From Sphaeroforma arctica JP610 (Eukaryota), in NCBI RefSeq assembly GCF_001186125.1, contig NW_014040271.1, forward strand, positions 55,710-87,980: a stretch of 32,271 bases of DNA. Direction: 5' to 3'. The notes beneath the pieces were generated by a model. The model ran no database searches. It saw only the letters and a list, made by a program, of their open reading frames with translations, and was not told the origin of the DNA. The translations under genes and the position numbers were made by a program. Below, one piece after another: positions 12,830 to 24,416 of the stretch; the first letter of the stretch is position 1; every line of letters begins with the position of its first letter.

Positions 12830-13290
12830 TCCGGTACAAAGCGTGATAACATATCCGGGAAAAGATTATGTATCCCTGGTAGATGTTTGATATCAAAATG
12901 AAACTTTGATATTGTATCATGCCATCGGCTCAGTAATTGAGAGTCTGGCTTCATTTCCTTCATATATTGAAGGGACTTCTGATCACACATCAGCGTAAAA
13001 GCTGTTCCGTATAAGTAATCGCGGAAGTATGTTAAAGCTGCTACTATGGCTAGTAGCTCTTGCTTCACAGTTGGATAATTCAACTGTGATGCATTCATTG
13101 CTCGGCTAAAGAATTGTATATACCTAGGTTTATTATCTATAACCTGGTATACTACACCTCCGAGTGCTACGTCTGATGCGTCCGTTGCCATTTCAAATTG
13201 CACGTCATCGACTGGTCCTTGTACAACAGGGTCTTCTTGGACTGCGTGCTTGAGCGCTTTAAATGCCTCATCACACTCTTTAGTCCACAA
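12830..13290 (-). pseudogene. RT connection and RNase H domain (Ty3/gypsy type)
   Basis: Motifs WTKECDEAFKALK, TDASDVALGGV, NYPTVKQELLAIV, CDQKSL, HLPGIHNLFPDMLSR. Confidence 0.95.
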
Positions 13291-14100
13291 GTCTCCTAGT
13301 TTGCCTTTATGAAATCTTTAGTGTCCAAAGGGTTCAAGATAATCAGTCAATTGTGGTACTCCATCTGAAAAGAAGTTTACAAACCCACACATGCTGTTAA
13401 CATCTCTTCCTGTAGTTGGTGTTCGCCAATCTAACAGGTGTTCTACCTTACCGGAGTCGATTTTAATACCTTCCCCAGATATATGGTAACCTAAGAGTTG
13501 TATTTCGCTCATTGCGAAGTAACATTTCTTCTCGTTAATCTTGAAGTGTTGCTCGTTGAGTCTCTTAAGGACTCGTCTGACTAATGCGGCGTGTTCGCCC
13601 TTAGTTTTAGAAAAGATGACCTATATAGACTTGCACGTTAAGCATGTCTGGAAACATTTCCTCCATTACTTGTTGGAAGAATACTGGTGAAGAGTGTAAC
13701 CCGAAAGGTGCACCTCTGAACCTGTATTATTTACCTGTCTACGTAAAACTAAAGTATTTACGATGTGGTTCATATACCTGCATTTGATGGTATCCTTGTG
13801 TAAGGTCTATAGTTGTAAACACTGTAGCACCTTCCATCCTTCGCAGTAGCTCGTTAATACGAGGTAAGTGAAAGCTATGAGGCGGCAATAATTTATTTAT
13901 CGGACTCATATCTTAAAATACTCCGACTTTCGTAAATGATCCGTCAGAGTTATGTTGGTCTACGGCTAGCAGTGCCAAGTTAACTAGCGTCTGTCGATAG
14001 TTAATTTCTATCACTCCTTCTGCTAGCCATTTCTCAACTTGTTCTTTTACCACAGCCTCGTGTCTCCAGGATACATAGTTCCTTGAGGGACACTTTAACT
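13291..14100 (-). pseudogene. Reverse transcriptase, inactivated
   Basis: Motifs KEQVEKWLAEGVIE, FTTIDLTQGYHQ, APFGL and LLGYHIS. The YxDD box is destroyed by a small deletion (VQVYI/frameshift/VIFSKT at ~13621). Internal stops are present. Confidence 0.92.
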
Positions 14101-14299
14101 GTGTAAAGTCCATTTTGGTTAAGTCAAGGCTGACATACTCGTCGTTAAAACGTAATTTTGCCCAATCTGTGATCTTTATCTTCTTATTAACTAGAATCAG
14201 ATCTATGATTTTGTTTGCAAAGTCTGGTATTAATGCCTTGGCTGTGTCTGACGGGGGCTTATATGCATTCAGACAGTTATCGTCTGACTGATCCTTTAA

Positions 14300-14640
14300 T
14301 GGATCTATGTTATTTGGTAGACCAGTTACGGTTATACCTAAAGTGAGTAAATCGCTCATTCCGACTATAATGCCGTACTTCTGTGACATCCTAACTATCA
14401 CAGCTTGGGTAGTGATACTCCTATCATCGGCCAGGGAGATTTTAACATCTGTGGCCATGGTATCACACGTAGAAGTTTTATCATCTGCTAAAATGAGATG
14501 AGTTGTTTGTGTTCTCCTTTCGATATCTTTCATTAATGCAAAGCGATCGGATATACATACAATTTCTGAACCAGGATCAATCAATGCAAGGATTTTATTT
14601 CCATTGCAGTATTCAGGGATTATTACACGCTCTTCTAAAG
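14300..14640 (-). pseudogene. Retropepsin aspartic protease
   Basis: ALIDPGSE (variant of D[ST]G) and the IIVGMSDL flap/helix motif. Confidence 0.8.
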
Positions 14641-14683
14641 AGTCGTTGTATTGTCTGTGTAACGATTGTACCTGGTAGAACTT

Positions 14684-16767
14684 TCACTCCAACTTAATGA
14701 CGGGCTTTTTGTCACAAGACTTAGTGTGATAGCCATTGGTCTTCTCACACTTGTCGCACTTAATAAGAAAGTCTGTACAGGTGGATGCATGCCTGCCATT
14801 CCAATAACCGTTAGGGGTCAATTGGTACGTGTCATACCCACACTGTGCGTTTTTACGTTTATTGGGTCGCGTTGATCGAGTGGAGTCGCGAGCACGTGTC
14901 TAGTTAGGACGCGTCTGATGAGGATTATCATCTGACATCTGGCGTGAGAGGTATCCTTGATCAGGGAGCTCGAGCGGTTTCTTATTTACCGCCTTTCCCT
15001 TCGAGGTTACTCGGTGTGCGGGGAAAAGAGTGGATACAGTATTGTAAAACTGTTCCCACGTAAGTCGGGATAGATAAAACTTTGTTTCATGTCCCTTGTC
15101 TCGAGATTCAGTAGCGTATTTACGTCACAACTCAGCGTACAGACTTTCACGGTCGGTGTTTCCTATGTTCTTACAGAAAACATGCATAACCAGGAACTCG
15201 TACCATCGCTGCACCTTGTCCTTTGTTATATCTGGACGTTTAAGGTCAGTATCAAGTTTCAGAATATAACTCTGAATAGGAGTATTCTCAACTGGTTCAG
15301 TTAAGATTGAACTCAGTCCTGGACTTCGCATGTCCTTGCTTAATAAGGACGTAACCAACCAACAAACAGCTGGCCAGTCACGACAAGTGTCTAGCTCATG
15401 ATGGTGTCGCTGCAGGATCAAGTAACTTGTTCCTGCGGGGTCAGACGACTGCATCAAAGCAGAAATTCATTGCTGGGGAGCGATACCATTCGTCTCCAGC
15501 ATGACCGTAAACACATTAAGCGTACGGGTTAGCGTGTCGAGGTCATGGGACCCGGTTGCTGTTGGCATCCCAGTTCGACTTAAGTCGACTGGTCTGTCCC
15601 TTGTACTTCTGGTTATCCCTGTGGTCTTGCCCACGTTGGGCCTGAAGTAGCGGATTGATGCGCTTCTGCTTGATCGCGATCATATTAGCAAAATATGATA
15701 CGTCATCAACACGGTGCTCGTCATGGGCGATTTCCAACTTAATGGTGTAATCGTCGACCGATTTATTAAGTTCGGTCACCTCATCAAAGTGGAAATTCGT
15801 TAACACGTTTACGGGATTGTTTATTACCCCTTGTACAGTTCATAGTCGAGGCCTTTCGGTGCTCTGTTCCTTGGATAGTAGTTGGTAATATAATCTTGGG
15901 TGATTCATACGTCTGGATGACATACCCAGTCTTAACTGGGTTCAAACGATTGTCATTATTTTTTACCTGTCTCTGGGTCTATAATACCCTCAAGGACGGG
16001 CGACTCATGGCCGGGCGTTAGAACAAGCGAATAATTAACCTAGAGTTCTGGTGGTAGTACCTCGTAAGGTATAGATACGCGGAGCACATCTGGCTCATCT
16101 GCCACAGGTGTAGCGCTCAGGCTTTTACGCTTTTCGGGCGTAATTGCCAGTCGACGTTCTGTCCACTTCTGTAGGGCTTCAGTAATGCCCGGAGAAACAT
16201 ACTCGCGTAAGTGCTGTGTATGTTTTCATGATCTATACATTCGATCTACATGTTCAACAGGCATGCCTTTCATAAGGGCGGCTAACTGATTCTTAAGATC
16301 AGTGTTTTCAGTAATTAATTTACTTATGCGCGTTGGTTCAGTGGTCTCGGACGTAGATTCGGGTTTGCCACTTGAGCTTGCCTCCTCTTCTGGTTCTGGT
16401 ATAGGTACCTTCTGAAATTCGTCTTTGTCCCCTACAATTGGGGACATTTCTTTCCGAGTTTTGTCAGAAGAATTGGGTGGGGCGTCTTGAGACATGTCCC
16501 TTGTCTCACTTCTTGGCTTCGTAAATGCAAGCTTCGAAGTTGAGGCAATAGTTGGCTCTCGGGCTCTATCTGTAGGAGTAGTTTCCTTAATCGGAGTGGC
16601 CACATCCTTATCCGAGGCATTGTCCTGACTATTATTGTCGGAGACAAGTTCTTTAACGCATTGGCAGCAGCTGCTGTTGCTTCTGCGGCAGCACTAGCAG
16701 CTTCTCTTTCCATCTTTTTACGTTCGGCCTTGCGTTTCTTTGCAAACGTATTGCCTTTTTTCGTCAC
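14684..16767 (-). pseudogene. Fragmented gag-like ORF with C-terminal Cys/His knuckle
   Basis: A series of minus-strand ORFs (16432-16767, 16226-16603, 15543-15806, 15125-15457) lies between the 5' LTR and PR. CDKCEKTNGYHTKSC is at 14714-14758. Confidence 0.65.
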
Positions 16768-16894
16768 AATCTTAACGTATGACTTCAGTCTTATTCTCTT
16801 GAGGAAAGACTGTGCTTAAGAAAAATTTCGTGGTAGCTATCTACCTTACGTTAAAGTAGTCGGAGTAATTAATACCTTTGCTAAATTTAAAATG

Positions 16895-18444
16895 TGTAAG
16901 TTTCGGTCTATCAAGGCGATATTAACGCCTTAGAGTAATTAAACGCTTAGGTTAAGTCTAAGTATAGTTAAATTCGAAATAAATAAACGAAACGAGTCTT
17001 GTAGTAAAGTTAGGTATGTCTCGTAAAAACAGTAATACTCTGAGGGATTGTGAGGCTGAGACATTGCCTATATATAATCCTCTTAGTACTGTTTTCGCCG
17101 AAGGGATGGCGATATTAACGCCTTAGAGTAATTAAACGCTTAGGTTAAGTCTAAGTATAGTTAAATTCGAAATAAATAAACGAAATGAGTCTTGTAGTAA
17201 AGTTAGGTATGTCTCGTAAAAACAGTAATACTCTGAGGGATTGTGAGGCTGAGACATTGCCTATATATAATCCTCTTAGTACTGTTTTCGCCGAAGGGAT
17301 TTTATTTAGTGTTTCGTTGTCGCTCTATTAGAAACTATGGTTTGTTTCATTGGGGCGAATCCTAGATACTCATAAAATCCTATCTTTAGAAAAAAAGAAA
17401 GAAAAAAGAAAAGAAAAATACTCTTGATGTCCATAGTTATTGTATTAACCAATAACTTGTCACTTATCAAGAAATACCGATTGGCTGAACGGAGGTAAAA
17501 CTAGGAAACGCTAATAGTCCCTAGNNNNNNNNNNNNNNNNNNNNNNNNNNNNNNNNNNNNNNNNNNNNNNNNNNNNNNNNNNNNNNNNNNNNNNNNNNNN
17601 NNNNNNNNNNNNNNNNNNNNNNNNNNNNNNNNNNNNNNNNNNNNNNNNNNNNNNNNNNNNNNNNNNNNNNNNNNNNNNNNNNNNNNNNNNNNNNNNNNNN
17701 NNNNNNNNNNNNNNNNNNNNNNNNNNNNNNNNNNNNNNNNNNNNNNNNNNNNNNNNNNNNNNNNNNNNNNNNNNNNNNNNNNNNNNNNNNNNNNNNNNNN
17801 NNNGGTATGACTCATCTACTTGGACCTATTTGAGACATTAGTAGATGTAGGATAGTTATAAACTAAATTTTATAATCTCCGAACTACTACTTATAGAGTT
17901 TGGTCCTCCCGCCAATCTCCAAAATCTAATAAGTCTTTTTCTTTTTTTAACTTTTCTTCAGATGGAACTTTATTTATATCAGCTAATGTATTAACGTGAC
18001 TTACGTTATTATGTCTATCTACAAATTAGGCATGTGGTCATGAACACTTAGTACTTCTAGTGAAAATTATTCAATAAAGAACAGCTAGAGGTACGCCCTG
18101 TGTGATCGAGGATATTAAGGCTCTTAACAAGAGGCAGTCCCGACCATTCTTACACAAGCTACCACTGCTAAATCTTAACTGACTAAATTGTATTTTAGTT
18201 TAATATAGTTTGAAACCTAGTAATTTCCATCGAAATTTACATGTTTGGTATTTTACTGGGGCCTTATAATGGCCTTGTCCGAATATCTGATATGTAAAAT
18301 GGAAAAGGTATCAATTAATAAAACCGTTGAAAACCATTTAAGAAACTTAAGCTCCTCGTACTATTAAGAGTACGTTTATAGTTTACGTACTGCTTAAGAG
18401 TATGTTGACAACATAGAGTCTAATGTGGAGGCCCGGCTATTACA
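16895..18444 (-). repeat. 5' LTR, containing a 193-bp tandem duplication, an N-gap and sequence absent from the 3' LTR
   Basis: TGTAA...TTACA terminal inverted repeat. Matches 10537-11321. Duplicated unit at 16915-17107 and 17108-17300. Confidence 0.85.
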
Positions 18445-18642
18445 ACAGTTTCTTCATCCGGTATCGAATCAAAGAAAATCATGTCGCCACCTCGTCAGTA
18501 AGCGATGGAGATTGCCGAGGAAGTCCAAGCAGTCTTCTCGACAATTGAACAAACACAGGCTTCATTGTTCACGTAGTAAATTTATTCATCGTGTAATTTT
18601 TTTTTACATAACTTATTCATTTCAGTTAGCTGAACATGTAAG

Positions 18643-18945
18643 GAATGTATTGTAATAAATGCAGTAGTTTGTTTGGACACTTAAAAATGTGATTTTTAGT
18701 GTCAAGTCTTGTCTGAAGAAAGTAAACTCAGTCAGAAGTGCCATTTGGAATGGCGCGCCTGCTATATTTATTAATCACGACCCTATGTAAAACGAGATAT
18801 TTTCTACCATCGGGTCATGTGAAAATACCCGTCTTTATGGTTTTGAATGAATCATCACTTCTATCTCGTTGTATTCTCTATTTCACTAATCGGTCCGGTT
18901 CTCTGGTGCCATAGATTTTCACCTAAGGTACTTTGTCCACAGAGC
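18643..18945 (+). repeat. Third, solo copy of the repeat that forms the 7866-9142 inverted arms
   Basis: AACTCAGTCAGAAGTGCC...GCGCCTGCTATATTTATTAATCACG...GTACTTTGTCCACA aligns with ~7832-8186 and with the reverse complement of 8760-9100. Confidence 0.65.
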
Positions 18946-19657
18946 GTATGTTGGTAAACAGGACATAAATGAGGACGTTATTATGTTTCTAAAAAACGTA
19001 CAAACTTTGTGGGCAGGCTAAGGTGATACACTCGTCAGAATCTATGTCATATTATACTTTTGGGGTTATTCCTCACACCTTAAGATGTGTGTGAAGATGT
19101 TCAACAGATTGGGTTGACCAGAATAGTAACTCATATGGTCCGTACGAGAATGTTTTGGTAGAACAATTCAACACACTTTGATGCTATTAAATTTATATTT
19201 CTTCGAAACTTTGTAATCTCTCCGCACATGCTGTGCTTACTCACATAGAGACGTAAGTATTCTAGATTGTGCATTTAGCAAACTGAAACAACTCTCGGAA
19301 GTCGGTCAAAAGTCGGTTAAGTTGTAATATACTCAACGTTTTGGGGTTTAGAATCGTAAACAGCTCTTGGGAGTAAGCTACCCCAGATGAACTCTATATG
19401 TCAAAGAGATTAATTTGCTATAAATGTGATCTGAGAACTTTTGGCTCACTTTGGGAGGTATCCTGTGAGCAGAATCATATTTAATTCAATAATAAGCATC
19501 ATAAAATTTTCCTGCCGAATAAAATCCAAAAACATGGGAAATCCTATTTTAGTAATTTTATGGCAAATATGATTGTAGAGGATTAGAATCTGTTAGAATG
19601 CCACTTTGTTCACAGCTTTAAATACCTATCATATCCGATAGAAGTTAGTGTTAAAAT

Positions 19658-20033
19658 GACTGGCGTGTAAATAAGCTATATGACTAAACTAACTAACCGA
19701 ACGCTGGCTTAGTTGGTTCAGTCATTCTTCTAATTTAGTACAAAGTTGGAAAGTGTCATCACGAGTACTTCGATCTCATTCCGTATAATCCGCTCATGGG
19801 TGGATTTGTCTGAGCGTTCTACGCTGGGATCACCACTATTCTCGAACCTTCCGCACTCGGCAATAGTGCTGACCTAGTACCATTTGATTGGGTTCCATTA
19901 CAAAACATATCCAAGATAAGATTTGAATTCGCGACCATTCCGATTTTGTAGAAGATTAAATGAATGGCTGAACCAACTAACCTAGAATATGCGTTCGGTG
20001 CGTTTGACTGTTGTAGAAAATATCCGGCCAGTC
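19658..20033. mobile_element. MITE-like foldback element, ~375 bp
   Basis: Nested inverted matches: GACTGGC/GCCAGTC (19658/20027), CCGAACGC/GCGTTCGG (19697/19991), TTAGTTGGTTCAGTCATTC/GAATGGCTGAACCAACTAA (19709/19962). Confidence 0.65.
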
Positions 20034-22043
20034 TAGAATATCAAGATCAAATGAAATAACACATTGTCCGGGGGGAGAAAAAGCTACTAAAACTGCTCAT
20101 GCTCAGGTGATTCCGAGAATATACACACTGGGAAAGAATTCTGACTTTGGTGGCCACAGCTCTACTGCATCCGACTCATTGTAGTTGGGGTAATACGGTA
20201 TACAGTATCTTCTTGTGCATCATTGTGGTCTTATGTATGTCAAGAGCAGTATTGCTTGCCCTCTTGAAGCAAGTATGTGTAGCGTTGCACGTGCTTCAAA
20301 AAAAAATAAGAATCACTCCTTGAAGTTGATATCAAGTTTGGTGACTATTTTTATGGTCAGCTGAAAAGAGGGGCCGCTTGTACTGTGCGATATTTTAAAG
20401 ATGCAACCCCTGGGTTAGGTAAGTTCTCACTTATATGTACCACGCGTGGGTGCATTTGGAGCCAGGTAACCGCGTGCAGTTCGGTACTAGCCCATGTTTT
20501 TATTACAAATATGGCAAAAGAAAAACTGAAAAGCTCTCACGTCCTTGGTCAGCTGGCGCAATCTTTACTCCCAACCGAGTCCCCGGCTTCGGCTGACATG
20601 GCCACTCGTCGAGAGTATGTACGGTATTTAAATAAATACATATTTAGGTCTCGCGCAAGTTTGGATCTCGCAAAAAGTGTTCTATTTTCAGAAGGCAATG
20701 CTTAAAGGGATGAGTTTTTATATATAAAAACAAACTGGAGAAAATTACTTAAAAATAGTTCAATTGGTTTATAAAAATACATTTTTTTTAGGAATGTATG
20801 CTACTGACCACTTGAAATAAAGAGAATTATCCCTCTCCCGCCCAAAAACATCTATATTTGATTAGTAAGAGCGAGATATATAGCTGTGACGTAGTGAACC
20901 AGTGATCGTCATCACAAGAATACATATTAGGGGTTTTTCTTAAATTATTACTAAACAAAAGCGTTTACTAATTATTATCACCCTTTTGTTCAAAGTATGT
21001 CCAATGAAAATATAGTTTTTTGATACTCCTTCTGCGCAACTTTAAAGAAAACCTTACGTTGAGCACTTGAGCTATAATTAGAAAGATTCTATTAGCTATT
21101 CTTAATATTAACAAAAATAGAACGAAGCTAATTAAAAAATATTCATTTTGAAAAAAATTCAATTATTTACAAGTCCGCCCGTCCGTCGACCGTGTGCCAC
21201 CAGTATGGCCTGCGTGAGTGTCCTGTGGGCTCAGGCCACAAGCCCAGGGGCTCAGGCCTCAGGGCCTCAGGCGGTCAGGCTTCAAGGTTGTATCCTGTTC
21301 TGTGCCAAGCTGTGGCCTGTGCCAGTGTTGAGTGTGCCCTGTTACGGTCCCTGTGGTTGTGAGTCTGTGACTTCTTGTACGCGGCGAGGCCTACTGGAGC
21401 TGGACTGCTGGAGTCACGACTCATCAAGACTCAGGACTCAGGAGTCAGGACTCACAGAAGGTACTCGATCCAATTAGGGCTGGCAGCCTGCCGAAGGCCG
21501 AGGGCTCGAGACTGAGGGGCAGGGCTGAGGGCCGAGGGCCAAGGATGGTCAGCTGGTGATTGATATTTGGCCGTGATACACAGTTTTAGAAAAACCATGT
21601 ATATTTTAAAAATTTGTAGTTGATATAAATTATAAACCATCAATTGTTTTTTAATTTACAGCTATAAAAAAATTAAGATAAAATAAACGAAGGGAGAGTG
21701 CAGGTTTTTTTTAATTCTGCGTGCGTCATATTTTTGAAGCCTGTCACTCTAGCTCTACTCTAGAGAGAGTAGAAGGCTGAAAAATACATAGTTGTCTTCT
21801 TCAAAATAATAGACAGAAGGCTATAATTTCAGGTTTGTACGTCTTTTAATTTATTTACAAATAAGAGCATTTGAGCATGTCTTATAAAGCCTGTTCATAT
21901 GCAAAATGTAGTTGTCTTGCTTTCGACAAATTTAAAGTTAATGCATGTACATGGTGTACGTGTTACGTGTACGTGCTATATGTCATGTACATGTACATTA
22001 GCTTTCTTGTATATGCAAGGACCTGTACTTTTAAAAAAAAACT

Positions 22044-22235
22044 ATGCAAAAATCTCCATGTACAAAATAACGCTATCGGGTATTTGTTATTTAAGATAAC
22101 GCTGTAGGGTATTAAAATAGATACACAACAGAAGTTCAAAAATAATATGCAAAAAAAATTCCATGTACAAAATACCGCTATAGGGTATGATTTATTGAAG
22201 ATAACGCCGTAGAATATTAAAATAGATACACAACA
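22044..22235. repeat. ~104-bp tandem duplication
   Basis: CCATGTACAAAATA...TATTAAAATAGATACACAACA occurs twice. Confidence 0.8.
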
Positions 22236-24055
22236 TGAGACAATATTGCTACACCGTTATAGCTTATAGTGCATCAAAATATCATTTATGTGATACTTGT
22301 TTATATAAAGGGTACAAATATCAATATTTATATTAAAAATTACAGGCTGGTCCTCTTGAACCCAACATCAGTCGCTGACTCGCTGCTGAATCTGTCCGCT
22401 CTGGCCCACTGAGTGACTGGGCGCCATACGACACGCAATAGCTAGTTCACTATAGAACGAATTCTGGTTTTTTTAATACATTTTTGAAGTGTATCTATGG
22501 ACAAAACATGTCGCTCATAAAATTTTCCTGTTTTTGTTTTAGTACTATTTATCCCAGGAAATAAATAAAATATCGTCACGACGTCACAGGAACTATTTTG
22601 TGATCTTTTGCCTTCTTGAAAGTTTAGTTTAGTTTATATTTTAAAAAAAGAAAATATAATACAAAAACAAGGATGACTGTGAAGTGTGAAGGGTGAACCT
22701 ATAAAAAATACTGGCACTCTCTGGGGTGGAGTCTGGAGTCTGGAGTCCTGGCAGTGTGGCAGAGTATTTCATACAGAGTGCACTGAGGCACTCTGCCAGA
22801 GTTATTTATTTGCTTTAGTATTGTCGATAGTTGGGTAAAATGGGTATGTTTACATACAGATTACATACTGTATTTACACCTGGGGACTGGGACTGGCAGG
22901 ACGGTCGTCGAGGTCTCGAGGAGACTCTACTCTACTCTCTACCTCTACTCTAGAGCTAGAGTAGTAGTTGAAGTAGAGACTGTTGAGCTTTCAGGTTTAA
23001 GTCTTAAGGTTACTAAGGTTAGAGCTCCTGAGTCCTGAGTCCTGAGTCCTGACATTGAGATGGGAACAGGGAAGCAGATTTTTATTTACATAGTGATTTT
23101 CGCACACACAGTTGACACTTCACACTTCTAGTGCACACTGAGAGAGAGGGCGGGCGATGGACGGTTGGACCAGCAAGTCCCCAGCAATGCCGGCCTGGTA
23201 AATTTCACAAGTTTAAAAAATAAATAAAATAGACTCTGAGTCTGGGGAGCCTGGGCCCTGGAGTCTGGATTAGGGACCCGGTTGAGAGTGGGATAGGCGG
23301 CTAGGCCGTAAGGCGTAAAGGCCTGAATATGCGTATGTAAATAATGCGTGATGGGGATAATTTTATATATTTCCTTATTCCATTTTCCCCCCCAAGCCCA
23401 CGGCCCCACCCTCTGGCCTCTGATACCCCCCTCTGGCCCCCCTCCTTTGAGTCCTTTAACCCCCCCTCAAAGAGAAGATCTCTCTGACTCTTTCTCTCTA
23501 AATATAAAAATATTATTGTTTTTGTTTGTTGTTTTAAAAAAAACAAATTTAAAAGAAGAAAAAAAATTAAATTTTTATTTAAAAAAATCATATTGTTTCA
23601 TAGCCCTATGAAAATAGAACAAATATTTTTATAAAAATAGTTTAATATTATACATAAATATCATACAAACTGAACAGTGTCCAAGACGTCAAAGTGTCAC
23701 ATGTCAAATATCACAACAAGACTCACATGCGAAAATTGAAGGAGGGCTCCAATAATCTTCGGTAATCTGAACTGTTTTGGAAATTTGTCTGGAGGACAGG
23801 AACACTATTTTTTTTTTGACGCAGCAACCTGTAACTGGTCTTTATCTCCATCCCAACTAGTTTTTCAATACACGCGGACCGATTTTGCGAAATATATGAG
23901 GATACAGTGTATTTAAATAGGCACACTAACGCTCTAGACCCTCTTAGCACTTTATGAGATAGTGACTGCAGCAGTTTGCTTGAGTTGAAAATCACATAAA
24001 TACGCGTGCAAGTCTTGCAGACCACCTCAGCTTTTCACGTCGAACGCAAAGAAGT

Positions 24056-24378
24056 ATGGTTTCTCGAAACGTTGTTGACACAGTCGACACGATGGAGGCT
24101 CGTGAAGTCACTAAACGGGAGATTATGGAGTCCATCGCCGAACAGGCCTTCCCTGACAATGATCCTATGTATTTGATTGACGTTGGGGAGGTGATTCGCA
24201 AGCATCGCGTGTGGAAGGAATTAGTATGTGCGTATGCAAGTGTAGCAAGTCGACTGTCCTCTATTCTTATATGCCTTTGAGTACATGCACTCGTGTGCAC
24301 GTATTGTAGAAGTCTAAAAGGGTCAATATAAAGGGCCACACATACATAGACACACTTACACATACCCACACACACATA

Positions 24379-24416
<38 letters not shown>

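Larger units (their letters stand above)
10537..18444 (-). mobile_element. Ty3/gypsy-type LTR retrotransposon, decayed, carrying an adenine methyltransferase domain
   Basis: Paired LTRs with TG...CA ends, a polypurine tract, domain order gag-PR-RT-RH-MT-IN, and a near-TSD ATAG (10533-36) vs ACAG (18445-48). Confidence 0.92.

Noticed and set aside
10537..18444. Classification as a DIRS element because of the methyltransferase
   Set aside because: It has protease, HHCC integrase, direct TG..CA LTRs and a PPT. No tyrosine recombinase was seen.
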